NCBI GenBank assembly: GCA_951406725.2
Contig: OX597814.1
Coordinates: 215,822,001 to 215,886,000, forward strand
Origin: Octopus vulgaris
Lineage: Eukaryota
Reading direction: 5' to 3'
DNA: 64,000 nucleotides
Positions 1-13,320 of this stretch are shown here, piece by piece (the stretch's first letter is position 1; each line of letters opens with the position of its first letter). Made by a program: the position numbers and the translations under genes. The notes under the pieces were generated by a model that was not told where the DNA came from, did not search any database, and worked only from the letters and a program-made list of their open reading frames with translations.

Positions 1-480
1 CTATGATATCTCAGCAAAAGAATTTGATAAGCTCAGAAAATATAACGATCTGCTGATTGAAATCAAAAAGATGTGGCATCTCAAGATGGCTACAATACCA
101 GTGATTGTAGGAGCACTTGGAATGATCAAAAAAGGAACTGAAAATTATTTAAGAATGATCCTTGGCTTACCATCCATGCAGGAAGTGCAAAAGATTGTCT
201 TAACTGGTAACTGGTCACACGTATTGAGAAGAGCATCATTGCTGTGAATTTTCTTTCCTTTTTCCCTTTTATTTTCTTTGTTTATTTTTTCCTTTTTTCT
301 GTCTTTCTTCTCTTTTTTCTCTATCACATGACTTTGTAAATGAACAATCTGCTGTGTTTATTTTAATGGCCTACCAATGTATACAGTACATTTCTCTGCC
401 CTAGGTGTCAGGAAGACACTTAGCAAGAAATAGAAACAGAACTGAAAGATGATAATGAAAATAACGATAACAATAATAAG
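1..480 (+). mobile_element. R4/Dong-like non-LTR retrotransposon 3' fragment (REL endonuclease C-terminus and tail)
   Basis: Translates to KLRKYNDLLIEIKKMWHL..IPVIVGALGMI..QEVQK, followed by an (AAT)-like tail. A second decayed copy lies at about 4955-5337. Confidence 0.7.
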
Positions 481-599
481 AGGACTAATAATAAAAAGAG
501 AGCTAATATCGGTAGAAGACTGCATGGAGTTAGAATAGATATAGACTACTATGTAAGTTGTAGTAAAGAAAGTTTGGAAACCAACCAAAATACCAAACA

Positions 600-1440
600 A
601 ACTTAAAAATCAGAAAAAAGGAACAGAAATTATCTGACTGGCAGGAGAAGGCATTGCATGGTAGATTTCCAAAGATAGTTTCAGTAAATAGTAGTAGTGA
701 GACATGGTTATGTTTGCTTAAAGGATGGCTGTATAGGGAGATAGAAAGTTTGTTAGTAGCAGCACAAAATCATGCATTAACGACTAATTGGATAAAGGCC
801 AAGATAGACAATAACCAAGTAGATTCCCAGTGTAGGTTATGCAAATCAAAAGAGAAAAGTGTTACTCATATAGTAAGTGAATGTAACATGATGTCAAAGA
901 AAGAATACAAGAAAAGACAACCCAGAGAGAGCAATCCACAGGGTGTTATGTAGAAAGCTGAGATTTGACCATACTAATAAATCATATGAACACGAACCTA
1001 GTAGAGTACTAGATATAAAAAATACAAGATGTGAGACATTAACATTCAGATTGACAGAGGAACAGAATTTAGGCCTGATTTAGTAGTTATAGACAAAGAG
1101 AACAGAATGTGCTATATAACTGATTTTATAGTCCCAAATGATGAAAAAATTAATATGAAAAGTATAGAAAAAATAGCAAAGTACCAGGACCTAGCCATTG
1201 AATTACAGAGACTATAGAAAGTGAGTGTAAAAGGTATCCCTGTAGTTATACGTGCATTAGGAACTATCCCTAAAGATCTGAACAGATGGATAGAGGAAAT
1301 AGACATAAAACCCTGTTTAGTACAGTGGCAGAAAACAGTGTTATTAGGGACAGCTAGGATACTTAGGAGGGTTCTTGGCATCTAAGGTTACTCTGTTGTA
1401 GCCTGATGTTAGGAATTTTTCTTTTCAACAGTCTAATCTG
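600..1440 (+). mobile_element. R4/Dong-like non-LTR retrotransposon fragment (CCHC finger and REL endonuclease)
   Basis: ORF 654-953 reads ESLLVAAQ..L.TNWIKAKID..Q.DSQCRLC..HIVSEC. An RPD motif (aggcctgat) lies at about 1071 and KYQDLAIELQRL downstream, with frameshifts. Confidence 0.75.
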
Positions 1441-1454
1441 TTGTACATATATGA

Positions 1455-4400
1455 ATCATCATCGTTTAATGTCTGTTTTCCATGCTAGCATGGGTTGGAT
1501 GGTTCGACTGGGGTCTGGGAAGCCAGAAGGCTGCACCAGGCTCCAGTCTGATCTGGCAATGTTTCTACGGCTGGATGCCCTTCCTAATGCCAACCACTCC
1601 GTGAGTGTAGTGGGTGCTTTTTACGTGCCACTGGCACAGGTGCCAGGTGGTGCTGGCATCGGCCATGTTTGGATGGTGCTTTTTACGTGCCACTGGCACA
1701 GGGATCACAACTACAATTTCCATTGATTTTTGATGTTGATGTACTTGACTCAATAGGTCTCTCCTCATGCACAGGGTCGAAACAGTGTTTCCTTACATAC
1801 CAGCTGCACAGGAGTCAGTCCAGCGGCACTGGCAACTGCCAGGTGCCAGTCATAGGATTGGTTCAATTTCGATTCTGATTTCACTTGCCCCAACAGGTCT
1901 TCGCAAGCAGTGTTTAGTGTCCAATGAAGGGACGTTAGCATGGGTGCCAGTTGTCGGATGAGGTTCGATTTCGAATTGAATTTCGACTTCACTTGTCCCA
2001 ACAGGTCTTCACGTATCCAAAGAAGGAAAGGTATGCATAAGTGGGCTGGCTACATCCCTGGCAAAGGCCATGGGATGGTCTCACTTGTCTTGCTGGGTCT
2101 TCTCATGCACAGCATATTTCCGAAGGTCTCGGTCACTAGTCATTGCCTCAGTATAACCCAATGTTCGAAGGTCATGCTTCACCACCTTGTCCCAGGTTTT
2201 CCTGGGTCTACCTCTTCCACAGGTTCCCTTAACCGCTAGGGATTGGCACATTTTCACACACCTATCTTCATCCATTCTCACCACATGACCATACCAGCAC
2301 AATCGTCTCTCTTGCACAACACAACTGATGGTTCTTAGATCCAACTTTTCTCTCAAGGTACTTATACTCTGTCGAGTATGTACACTGACATTACATATTC
2401 ATCGGAGAGTACTGGCTTCATTCCTCGTGAGCTTACGCATGCCCTCAGGAGTCATGGCCATGTTTCACTGCCATGTAGCATGGCTGTTCGTACACATGCG
2501 TCATATAATCTGCCTTTTACTCTGAGCGAGAGGCTCTCTGTCATCAGCAGAGGTAAGAGCTCTCTGAACTTTGCCCAGGCTATTCTTACTCTAGCAGTTA
2601 CACTTTCAGCATACCCGCCCCCGCTACAGACTTGGTTACCTTGGTAACGGAAGCTATGAACTACTTCTAGTATTTCTCCCTGGAAAGTGACGTAAATTGT
2701 TTTCTGCAGATTTTCAGTGTTTATTGCTCCTGAGCATCTGTCACATACAAAAACTATCTTCTCAGTTAGCCTTCCTTTGACATTGCTGCACTTCTTATGT
2801 GTCCATAGCTTACACTGGGTACATCTTATAGAGTTTCTACCTACACCTTTTCTACAGATTGAGCAGGTCCATCTACCTGAAGGTGTTTGTGGTTTGTCTA
2901 CCTTCCTACTTATTAGGACTTTTATTTTAGCTAGGTTGACTCTAAGGCTCTTTGATTCTAATCCTTGCTTCCACACCTGAAACTTCTCCTCCAGTTCTAA
3001 TAGTGACTCAGCAATTAGAGCAAGGTCGTCAGCATAGAGGAGTTCCCAGGGGCATCCACTCTTGAATTCCTCTGTTATTGCCTGAGGAACTATGATAAAT
3101 AGGAGGGGGCTGAGGACTGAACCTTGGTGGACCCCTACCGCTACCTGGAATTCTTCACGGTACTCATTGCCAACCCTCACCTTACTAACAGCATCCCTGT
3201 ACATGGCTTGCACAGCTCTTACTAACCATTCATCTATCCCTAGTTTCCTCATTGACCACCAGATAAGGGATCAGGGGACCCTGTCAAAGGCTTTCTCCAT
3301 GTCAATGAAAGCCAGGTACAGAGGTTTATCTTTGGCTAGATATTCCTCTGTCTTACCAATAATCTAGCATCAGTGGTGCTTTTCCCTGGCATGAACCCAA
3401 ACTGCATTTCATCTAAACTGACTCTCTCTCTAATTAGTTGGGCTACAACCCTCTCCGTGACCTTCATTACTTGATCCAGCAACTTGAAGCCTCTGTAATT
3501 ATTTGTATCTAAGGCGTCACCTTTACCTTTGTAGCAGTTGGCTACGGTGCTGTTACACCAGTCATTGGGTATGACTTCTTCGTGTACCACCTGGTTAACT
3601 ATACGGGTGACTCGGTTATAGCCGACACTACCAGATATTTTGAGCATCTCTGCAGTGATTCCTGATGGGCCGGGGCCTTTCCCTGCCTTCATACTCTTAA
3701 TTGCTTTAACTACCAAGGTACTGTCAATTTGGATAGCTGGACCCTCTTTTGGGTCGACATTTGGCAGACTCTCTTTCTCCCATTCATTCTCTTTATTGAG
3801 CAACCTTTCACTGTGGCGTCTCCAAACCTCTCTCTTTGCAGCCTCGTTTAGTGCAAGTGAACCATCATCTATACGGACACATTTCTTTCCTACAACATCC
3901 CGATTCTCTCTCACACATTGTCTTGCAAACGAAATACTTCAAGCCTTTGGTCCTCACGGTGCAGAACATTGGCAAATTTTTTCTTATCTGCTTCCCCTCT
4001 GGCTAAATAAACCTGTCTCCTAGCTTCCCTTCTGGCAGTCTGATACGATTCCCTGCTACCTCCATTCTTCCAGTCCTTCCAAGCTTGTTTCTTTTGTCTT
4101 ATAGCCCTGTCAACCACATTGTTCCACCACCACGTCACCTTGGGTCGAGAGGGGACTTTGCACCAGCCACAGATCTGGTCAGTGGCTCTCAGCAAGTTGT
4201 CCCGTAGAAATCTCCAGTTGTCTTCCACATTATGTGATGCTATATCCCTTTCTATTTCATCAAAGGCTTTGAGTAATATGTCTCTAAATCTCTGCCCATT
4301 TACAGGATGTTTAAGTTTCCAAACCCTTCTCCTCCAGGCTGGTCTTCTTCTGGGCATCCATTTAGCCCTAATCCTGAAGTCGCTAACTACTAATCTATGT

Positions 4401-4943
4401 TGAGGGGTACATTCTTCATCTGGGAAGGTTTTGGCACTTATAAGCAGCCATCTTTCTCTTTTTCTGGCGAGGATATAGTTAATTTGGCTTGTGTGTCTGC
4501 CAGAACGATAGGTGACTAGGTGATGGGCAAGTTTCCTTAAGTTGGTATTGCAAACCATAAGAGCATTTGCATTGCAGAACTCCAGCAGTCTGGTTGCCTC
4601 TTCATTGTGGGAACCAAAACCATAGCCTCCATGTATGGCATGGAACCCCTGCACATTGTCCAACATGTTCATTGAAATCACCAGCCGCAAAGAGAAGGTC
4701 CCTGTCATTTGTCAACGAGGTAGTCTGCAATAGGGTGTCATAGAATCGGTCTTTCTGCCCCTCTGTTAGCCCCGGTTGAGGGGAATAGGCCGAGATAATG
4801 GTAGCTGACATATGGTGAAGCACTAATCTAATCTTAAGTAGTCTGTCACATATTTTGACTACCGCGATTACCTTATTAACCCATTTCTCCGCGTGAAGTA
4901 TACTCACGCCCCCGACCCCGTCAGTGTTCCCTGCCCAGAAAAT
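1455..4943 (-). mobile_element. RTE-clade LINE, 5'-truncated and frameshifted
   Basis: APE fragment (ISAYSPQ..AGDFN), RT (GVHQGSVLSPLLF, LYADD), PHD-like Cys cluster, RGRPRKTW C-terminus, and a 3' UTR ending in (GAT)n. Confidence 0.92.
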
Positions 4944-4954
4944 CTAATAATAGT

Positions 4955-5337
4955 AATATAAAGATTTTCTCATTGAAATTGGAAAATGTGTTATATCAAT
5001 GTGGTTATAATGCCAGTGATAGTAAGAACAGTTGGACTGATAAAAAAAGGAACTAAAAATTATATGAGAATGACCCCAGCACAAGAAGTACAAATGGTTT
5101 TAACTGATACGTTACATGTTGAGTAGAAAATTGTTGATGTGACAATGATAATCATCCGTGTAAATTTTGTTTTCTACATAATTTCATCTGATTTTGTAAA
5201 TGAACAACCTGGTGTGTTTATTTTAATTGCCTATCAAGGTACAAAGTGAGTTTTTTGCTCTAGGTGTCAAGAAGGCACTCAGCAAGAAATGGAAACAAAA
5301 TTGAAAGAAAAACAAATAATAATAATAATAATAATAA
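4955..5337 (+). mobile_element. Second copy of the R4-like 3' end with (AAT)n tail
   Basis: Aligns by eye with about 40-480 (e.g. ttgtaaatgaacaa..gtgtttattttaat..ctaggtgtca). Ends in (AAT)7. Confidence 0.65.
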
Positions 5338-5929
5338 CTAGAAAAGCACCTGGAGAGTGCAGACCTCTGCCAAGCATCTCATTTCCATCCATATACATGC
5401 ATGCTGAAAATCGGCCAATTTCCCAAACCAAAACTGGCGAAAGCATAACCTCCTTGGCAATGGTAAAAAAAAAAAAAACTCTCTAGAAACCGGAATCATC
5501 TGAAGCAATTATAATACATCAATGACAACAGCAAGCTAGTTTTACCATACGAGTAGATACACAAGTAAAATTACTAGTAGAGAAATGAAAATAAAACTTT
5601 GGAAACAAACAACAACACCACCATAGGTTACGTGAAAACCATGAACGTGTTTTCAAGGGAGATAATCAGAGAAAGACTTAAAAGAACATAGCACTGTAAT
5701 ACTTCATGTAAAGTAAATATATCAAATGAAAAATCCTTCAAGAATCCATAAAAATTCCCAGATCACTACCAAAATTTAATCATCTTTTCCTTGTGTCATT
5801 ACCAAGTTTTTCTGCAAGTTTCATCAAATACTGTTCACAACTATTTTAGTTATTTTGCACATAGAGGGATAGACAGACAAACCAACGCCGATGGAAACAT
5901 ATCCTCCTTCCTTGGCAGAGGTAATAAAT

Positions 5930-6582
5930 AAAAAGTGCCCTGATGCAGTATTAGGCAGTGGCGCTCATGGCTTTTGGAAGTGTTATCATGTACATTGTTT
6001 TGGTATAAAAGATGGGCTGCTGCAATTATTCCACTCAATACCATAGACTTGCTTGTCAGAATGCCCTGATGCTGTACCAGGCAGTGACTCACATGACTTC
6101 TGAACATAATTGATTGGATGTGTTATCATGTACATATTTGGTCTTAGTGTGAAAGATGGGCTACAGCAAATATTCTGCTCAATACCACAGATTTGCTTGT
6201 CAGTTGCTTGACCTTAACCAGTTGAGCTGTGCATCTCTGATCATGAGCAGTAGTGGGAGAGGAGCATCATAGCCATACGTTGAGCAGGATTCTTTAGAGT
6301 TTGAATAATTCATCCCTGAAAACATGGGTGTTTTGTTCATCATCCTTAAACAACCTTTTGAGCAGGATGGTCTACTCAAACTGAAGGAAATTCTAACTGG
6401 GCCCCGCTTGCAAGGTCATGCACTTTCTTACTATAAGATTGCCATGTTGCACACATATGGTTGTGATGCTTGTGCCTGGTGTACCCTTATCAGATGGGCA
6501 GTCATGATGGGTATATTTGGATTTGTGTATTTGGCTCCCAGTGTCACTTTGATGGCATGCATTGCTCTCTCATCCAATAATA
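5930..6582 (+). repeat. Dispersed repeat, probably a retroelement 3' UTR ending in (AAT)n
   Basis: Second copy at about 25480-25950 shares ttgtcagttg..gacc..aaccagttgagc, tctctgatcatgagcag, ttctaactgggccc and ctctctcat.caataataata. Confidence 0.7.
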
Positions 6583-6733
6583 ATATTTGTACTGAAAAAC
6601 AAGATCGAGTGAGCTTCTGCCCTTTTGCTCATTGTGTGGTTTCCGTCCATGCCGAGAAACCAACAATTTATGAGTCTCAATTGTGTTGACATCAACTGCC
6701 CACATTTTCAGGAGGTTTCTCTCCATCAAATAT

Positions 6734-9700
6734 TGTTATATCCTTATGCCTCCAATATCGTTGTACGGTTGATATTGTCGATGATAGATAAAGAATACAC
6801 TGTAACAGTGTTATAACAATACAAAATAGAAACACTTAAGGAACCAACAATCAATATTTCCAACACACCAACTCAAACTCTAAACTGTATCTGGACTTTG
6901 AAGACCAAACTATGAACTCCTGACTATGTCAGACCACTACTATTAATATGTAGTGGTCCCATCTATTCTTGTTACTCGGTCTTTTACATTTGCCACAACA
7001 TCCCCCCTTTTGAGATTTCAGGTTCCAAAGGAATAAAGAAATTTTATTTATTATTATTGTTTAGTATTTTTTTGCTTGGGCCTTATCTCAAGGTGTTTGG
7101 TCTGCTTCCATTTTCTCATGCTGGTTCTATGGGACTTGATTACTTTTGGTGCTGGGACATCGAATACATCAAAAAATATTTCTATAGGAATTTCTCTTCT
7201 TTAGCTGAATTACATGTCTCTTATGTTCCCAGCATGATCCTTTAATTAGATACATCATACTTCCTATTTATTTGGTTACAAGGCCATCCTTCCAGCCTTC
7301 TTTACCATTTCTGTAGGTTCTAAAATGCCATTTACCTCCTATTTCAAAATATTTTGTTGCATCTTTCATATTTCCTTTACATCTTATTTTCTCTGGGAAA
7401 TAACTTATCAAAAATCGATTTTACTCTTCTTGTAAACATCAATTCTGTGGGTGACTTTCCTGAATTTGAACTTGGATTGGTGCTTACACTATATACCCTT
7501 AAGAATTTTGTTAGTGATTTGTCATTACTTAATTTGTTCCTAGCTTTTCTTAACGCACTTTTAAATGAGCCCACGAACCTTTCTATCTGTCCATTTGACC
7601 TGGAATGCAAGTATGCTTTATTGCATGCATTTTACAGAAGTTCTTGAATTCATACCTGAGATTTGCTTTCAATTATCAGAAACTAATGTGTCTGGAATAC
7701 TGTATCATGCAAACAATTCATATAGGAACTTTATAGTTGTCTTAGTAGTTGGTTTATTGCCCTTGCATGCCTCTGGCCACTTTGTACAGTTGCCTACCAC
7801 GATTTGATAGTAAGCACTGTTCTCCAGTCTGGCATAGTTGATATGTAACCCAGACCATGGGTTCTCAGTCTCTGGCCATGATTGGCATTTTATTGGCGAC
7901 AAGTTCTCGCCAACTTTTTGGTATCTCAGTCCATAGTTGGCCAACAGACGTAGTTTTTTTGTCCTCGACATTACTGGGTGTCAGCTGTGGAATTGCTGCA
8001 ATACACGTTTTTGTAATGCAGTTGGTACTACAACTCTTTACTATCGTTGCATATTGAGAAACTACTTGAATTTGTATTTTTATTCTGCTTCTATTTTAAA
8101 GTTTCTTTCATTTCTGTAATATACTCGTTGTCTACTGATTTCATTCTTATATTCTGTGCAGTTATTGGCAGTTCTTGGATAACATATATCAGTCATAATA
8201 CTTGTAGGCACAGTTACCTCTCCTGATGATAGCTGTCTAAATAGTTCACCACTAGATGGCACAGCATGTAACTCTGAGGTTCTGGCACTTAGTCCTTCCT
8301 CTTTCTTATTGAGATGGCAGAATGCGAGGATGTGACTATCTTTAGCTCTTGCATAAGGTACACAACAGCTAACAGACATTGAGAAGATCTGACGCTCAAT
8401 GTCTAAATGCACAGAAGATGAACATGGCCTTTCACTTGTAAACACCTTTCGTGATTTATTCAACTTGTATATATTTGTGACCCGAAGTAAAAGTATTCAA
8501 AAGCTACAGCTTGGTTCTGTGGATATTCATTGTACAGTTTTCTTTCCTCGAATGACATCTTCTATTCGAGCTTTCTGAACGGAGTTGTTATTAGATGAAT
8601 ACTTTCTATTTCATTTTCTGCCTGCGGTGTGGCTATTACAGTATCTTCTACTGGTTCCGTAATTTGGGGAATTAGTCTTGATAAACAGTGTGCAAGGCTA
8701 ATTTATTTTGATGGAACATACTGCATTTTGAAATTGCAATTTAGTAATATTATACCCTAATGTTGTAGCCAGGTTGCTGTATGGGTAGGTAACCCTTTCA
8801 TTGATCCATAAATTGATAGCAATGGTTGATGACCTGTTTGTAACAGAAAACTTTTACCATGTAGAAACCTGCAAAATGTTTCCACAGTAAAAATAATCGT
8901 TAGGGCTTCTTTTTCTAGTGGACTGTATTTTTTTTCTGCTGCTATCAGCTAACATGAAACAGGAATCACTGGTTTCCTAATTCCACACTCCAAAGCATTA
9001 GATGCAACAACAATGTCTATTTCAGGATGAAAATACAGTAGACTCAATATCTGCGATTAGAATTTTATCAAATTTTTCCAATTGTGTTTTGGCATTTAAC
9101 CGACCAATTCCATTTTACTTCCTTTTTAATAAGTCATTCATTTGAGCTCTTAATTTGTGCATGTTAAGAATGTAGTTTTGGTAGTAGATTGCCAGCCCAA
9201 CAAACGCTTATAACGTTGGTATATTTGTCGGAACAGGCACATTCTTTATTGCATCTGCCCTCGATGGATCAGGCCATCTACCATTTTTATCAATCATTTG
9301 CCCTAAGTACATAATTTGAGGCAAAAGGAATTTGCATTTTACTTCACTCAAATTGAACCTGTACTCTTTAATTTTCTTGAACACAGCTTTTATATGCTCA
9401 ATATGCTGTTCACATGAATTACTTTTAATCAATATTTTGTCTAAATAAGGGACTGTAAATTCACAATCATATAACATAGCATCCATGATTTGCTGAAATA
9501 TTGCCGGTGTAGCCTTTAATCCAAAATCTAACCAGGTATGTCTGTACAATCCTCTGTGTACATTTATTTTCAGATACTTTGAGCATTTGTCATTTTCTTT
9601 AATATGTAAATAAGAGTCAGACAGATCCAATTTAGAGAAATTTTTTCCACCATTTAATTTTTGCGAAAATGTCCTCTGGTATCAAGAGTGGATGGTGGCA

Positions 9701-11434
9701 TATCTTTAAGCAGTCTTTTAATCCTGTAGAGAAATTGGCACACAGTCTAATATTATCATTTTTCTTCTTAATGTACAACATGGGTGCTGCCCACTTAGAG
9801 TAATCCACTTTTTAGATGAATCCACTCTTTTCCAGTCTGTCTAACTCTTTATTTATGATTTCAATTGCTGCAGATGGTACTTTTCTGTTAGATTTAAATA
9901 TAGGCACAGCGTTTTAACTTATTTAAAAGCAGGCATTGGTCTTTTTATATAGACCTATGTCCACTGATAGTACTTGGGGAAACATCAATTCCTCACACGA
10001 TTTATTTCTAACAGGACAACCATTTATGTTTTTGCAGTAGAGACTTATGGGGAGGTACCATAGGTCAAATAACTCCAACCAAACTTTACCAAACTGATTG
10101 ATTGTATTCTCCACAAAGAATATTTTGGCTTTGCATGTTTCTCCTTGAAATGTGATGCCTGTACACATTTCACCCATGAAATGTAGTTTATCGCCCGTTT
10201 ACTCAACCTCAGTTTCCCAATTTTTGCCCATGTATCCGCATTAATGATAGAAATATCCCTACCCGTATCCAGCTGTTGTTTAATGCTTATTTTTGTTTGT
10301 ATGAATATTCTTGTTTTTGTGTTGCATTCACTTAAAACATTTTGCATCCAACTCTTGTAATCTTGTCCTACAGTGTGAGCTCTTGCGACCAAGTTTCTGA
10401 CACCTACAGCATTTTTGGTTTTTAAACGGACACGCTTCCCTGAAGTGTAGGCCTTCACATACGTAACATGGATTGGGGCCTGGCACTGTTTTTTGGTTGT
10501 ACTTTCCGGGTTGACACATCTGTATTTTTGCAGAATCTTTTTCTTGAATTATTTTCATGCAGTGCTTCAGGTTTACCATTGTTTGACATTCTTCTGCAAT
10601 GGTCTGTAGACCATTGCAGTCTTGGTTCGCTTGCTCCATTTTAGAAAACCCTTGCCTGAATTTCTCTATCTTCATTTGCCATAAGGCTTTCTATGAAGAT
10701 AAGCGATTTAAACATATCCTCAGTGAGTTCCTAAAGTTTAGAATTTTCACACATATGGTTAACTTCTCTGGCATATGTAATAAAGTCATCACTTTTCATT
10801 AAGTTCCAACATTCCATTTGAGTGATAAATAATGATCTTTGATTATTACATGCAACCCTTGTTAAAATTTTCCTTGTACCTTCTATGGTATGCAGAAAAC
10901 ATAATACCCTCCTCTGGATTATAAGTGAATTCAGAAATTGAGTTTGCCATGATGTCTGATGTAAACGAACTTACCGAATTTTTAAACTTCCTTCACTGTA
11001 ACTCAGTTAACCGTTGTTGTTGTTGTAATATTTGCTTCTGTAACTCCTGTAGTTGTTTTGGTTGCTTCTCTTGAAGCTGTATTACTGCTGCTAATAGCTT
11101 CTCCATAATTTAACAATTTGTATGATGCTCAAATTGACAAATAACCTCTGTGAGCTTTGAAAAATCCTCGTTGTGAGATGTTATATCTTTACGCCTCCAA
11201 TATTGTTGATGATAGATAAAGACTACACCGTAACAGTGTTATAACAATACAAAATAGAAACAGCAGCAGTAAAAAAAACACAACGAACCAACAATCAGTA
11301 TTTCCAACACACCAACTCAAACTCTAAACTGTATCTGGACTTCAATGACCAAACTGTGAACTCCCGACTACATCAGACAGATTCTATTTATATGAAGTGG
11401 TGCCATCTACTCTCGTCAGGGGTGTCGTACAACA
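6734..11434 (-). mobile_element. Gypsy (Mag-like) LTR retrotransposon, LTR-to-LTR but decayed
   Basis: LTRs TGTTATA...ACAACA at 6734-7000 and 11179-11434. 5-bp TSD AATAT at 6729-6733 and 11435-11439. PPT complement (tccccccttt) at 7001 and a degenerate PBS (..acgaggat) next to the 5' LTR. Gag zinc-knuckle Cys clusters, protease LDTG, RT DLSDSYL and integrase SNGQIERF remnants, with many stops. Confidence 0.92.
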
Positions 11435-11551
11435 AATATATATATGTACCTTAGGACTCTGGTTGAGACCCAGTTGGAAAATGAAAATAAAATTCAATCA
11501 GAAAATGATAACAACAATAATAAGAACCCTGTATTGTTGTGGACAACTTAC

Positions 11552-11733
11552 TCGAGGTTCTGTCAAGTCCACATCAAATGGTATTTTCTCAGTTGTTAAT
11601 AGAGAATTGTACTCCTTTTTAACAGTTTCTATAGCATTGTCAAGATTTTGGTATTTAGCTAAGAATTTCAATGTGACACCAACATCTTTTTGACCAGCAA
11701 AGACATTATCTTCTATTTCTTCATCTTCATCAT
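11552..11733 (-). CDS. PARP14: PARP14-like exon after the macrodomains (acidic linker and probable KH-like segment)
   Basis: DDEDEEIEDNVFAGQKDVGVTLKFLAKYQNLDNAIETVKKEYNSLLTTEKIPFDVDLTEPR. Acceptor tctatttcag|AT, donor CGA|gtaagt. 182 nt, phase 1-0, compatible with exon D2. Confidence 0.75.
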
Positions 11734-12094
11734 CTGAAATAGAAGAAATATTCATTTTGTCAATGAAAAATAACCAAACAAGCAGCAGAAGATTTCTTAT
11801 GGTGCAGCTTCAAGATTAAATAATAATTGTAGTGTTTCCTGTTTTTCTGTTCAGTGAAGAGCTATCGGTTCTTGAAATAATGAAGTTAACCTGAAAAAGA
11901 TTATCACCATATCCCTGTGGGGAGTGATATCAACTGCTCTTTAATTATTGCTATATATTACTATCTAGTACATGTTTACAATATGACTATTTCAGACCAC
12001 TGCTACCATCCTGAGACTCTGCGTAGTGAATGATGTCAAGTGTTGTTAAAATTATTTCTTCTTTTTTTGTATTCAAGTTTAAATTCTCTCTAAT

Positions 12095-12850
12095 TCATCA
12101 TCATCATCATTCGAAATCCAATGTCCATGCTGGCATGGATTAAATAGTTTGACCAGGGATGGTAAGCTGAGGGGCTGCACCAGAATCCAGTCTCATTTGG
12201 CATGGTTTCTACAGCTGGATGTCCTTCCTAACGCCAACCACTCCGAGAGTATAATGGGTGCCAATTTGCATGACTCTGGTATCTACCACAACTGCAATTT
12301 TTCTTGGCTTGATGGGTCTTCTTTTCAATTATGACATAATGCCAAAGATCTCAGTCATTGCCTCCGTGAGGCCCAATACTTGAAAGGAGCTTTTCATATG
12401 CCTCTGGCCCCAGCCATTTTGTGTCCATAAGGCCCAATGCTTCAAAGGTGTTTTTTACACCAGAACGGGTGCCAGTTACAACTATGATTTTACTTGGCTT
12501 GAAGGGTCTTCTCAAGCAAAGCATATCGTCAAAGGTCTCAGTCACTTTCATGTAGCATTACTGTTCACACACAAGCATTATACAATCTACCTTTGGTTCT
12601 GAGAAGAAGAGGACTTTTGTTACCAACAGAAGTAGAAGGTCTCTGAACATTCTCATGCTGGTTTTTTTTCTAGCAACTATACTTTCAGTACATCCACCTC
12701 CACTGCTAATTAATCTACCTAAAGAGCAGAAGCAATCTGCTACCTCTAGGTACACTGTATGGAATTTCTACATACACCTTTTCTATATATTGAAGCGACT
12801 ACAGTCCTGTCTGTTTGCCTACTTTGGTCTTTGCTAAGTTGACTCAGAGG
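12095..12850 (-). mobile_element. Decayed RTE 3' fragment
   Basis: (CAT)n tail, the ctggatg.ccttcctaacgccaaccactcc motif of the RTE 3' UTR, and an LEVADCFCSLG..SSGGGC remnant. Confidence 0.75.
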
Positions 12851-13112
12851 CCCTTTCACATTATGCAACAAACACAATAACAATTCAACATAAACAAGGA
12901 ATAATATATAAACATATATGAAACACAATAATTTAAGCAAAATATAATTTAATTCAAAGACCTGGAAAGCATTTAAGGAAAGCAACCCATGTAGAGGGAG
13001 AAATCAACTTAGCTAAGTCGAACCAGAAAGTTGAACCAGAATATCCCATCAATATTGACTTTCTGCCACTCATTCAAACTGCTATATTCAAAGGTGCTGG
13101 ACAAAAAGATAA

Positions 13113-13320
13113 GGTGGTGTGCTGGCAAAATGCGTAGCCGTATTTCGTCTGCCGTTACATTCTGAGTTCAAATTCAGCCGAGTTCGACTTTGCCTGTCAT
13201 CCTTTCGGGGCTGATAAATTAAGTACCAGTTACACACTGGGGTCGATGTAATCGACTTAAACCATTTGTCTGTCCTTGTTTGTCCTCTCTGTGTTTAGCC
13301 CCTTGTGGGTAGTAAAGAAA
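13113..13320 (+). mobile_element. tRNA-derived CORE-type SINE
   Basis: B-box-like gagttcaaatt followed by CORE-like gcctgtcatcctttcgggg..gataaattaagtaccag..ggggtcgatgtaatcgactta. Confidence 0.75.

Noticed and set aside
11760-11890. Alternative acceptor (tttttcag|gtt at 11890) for the last exon
   Set aside because: Stops occur in all three frames before the ORF. The acceptor at 11734/11733 fits the phase.
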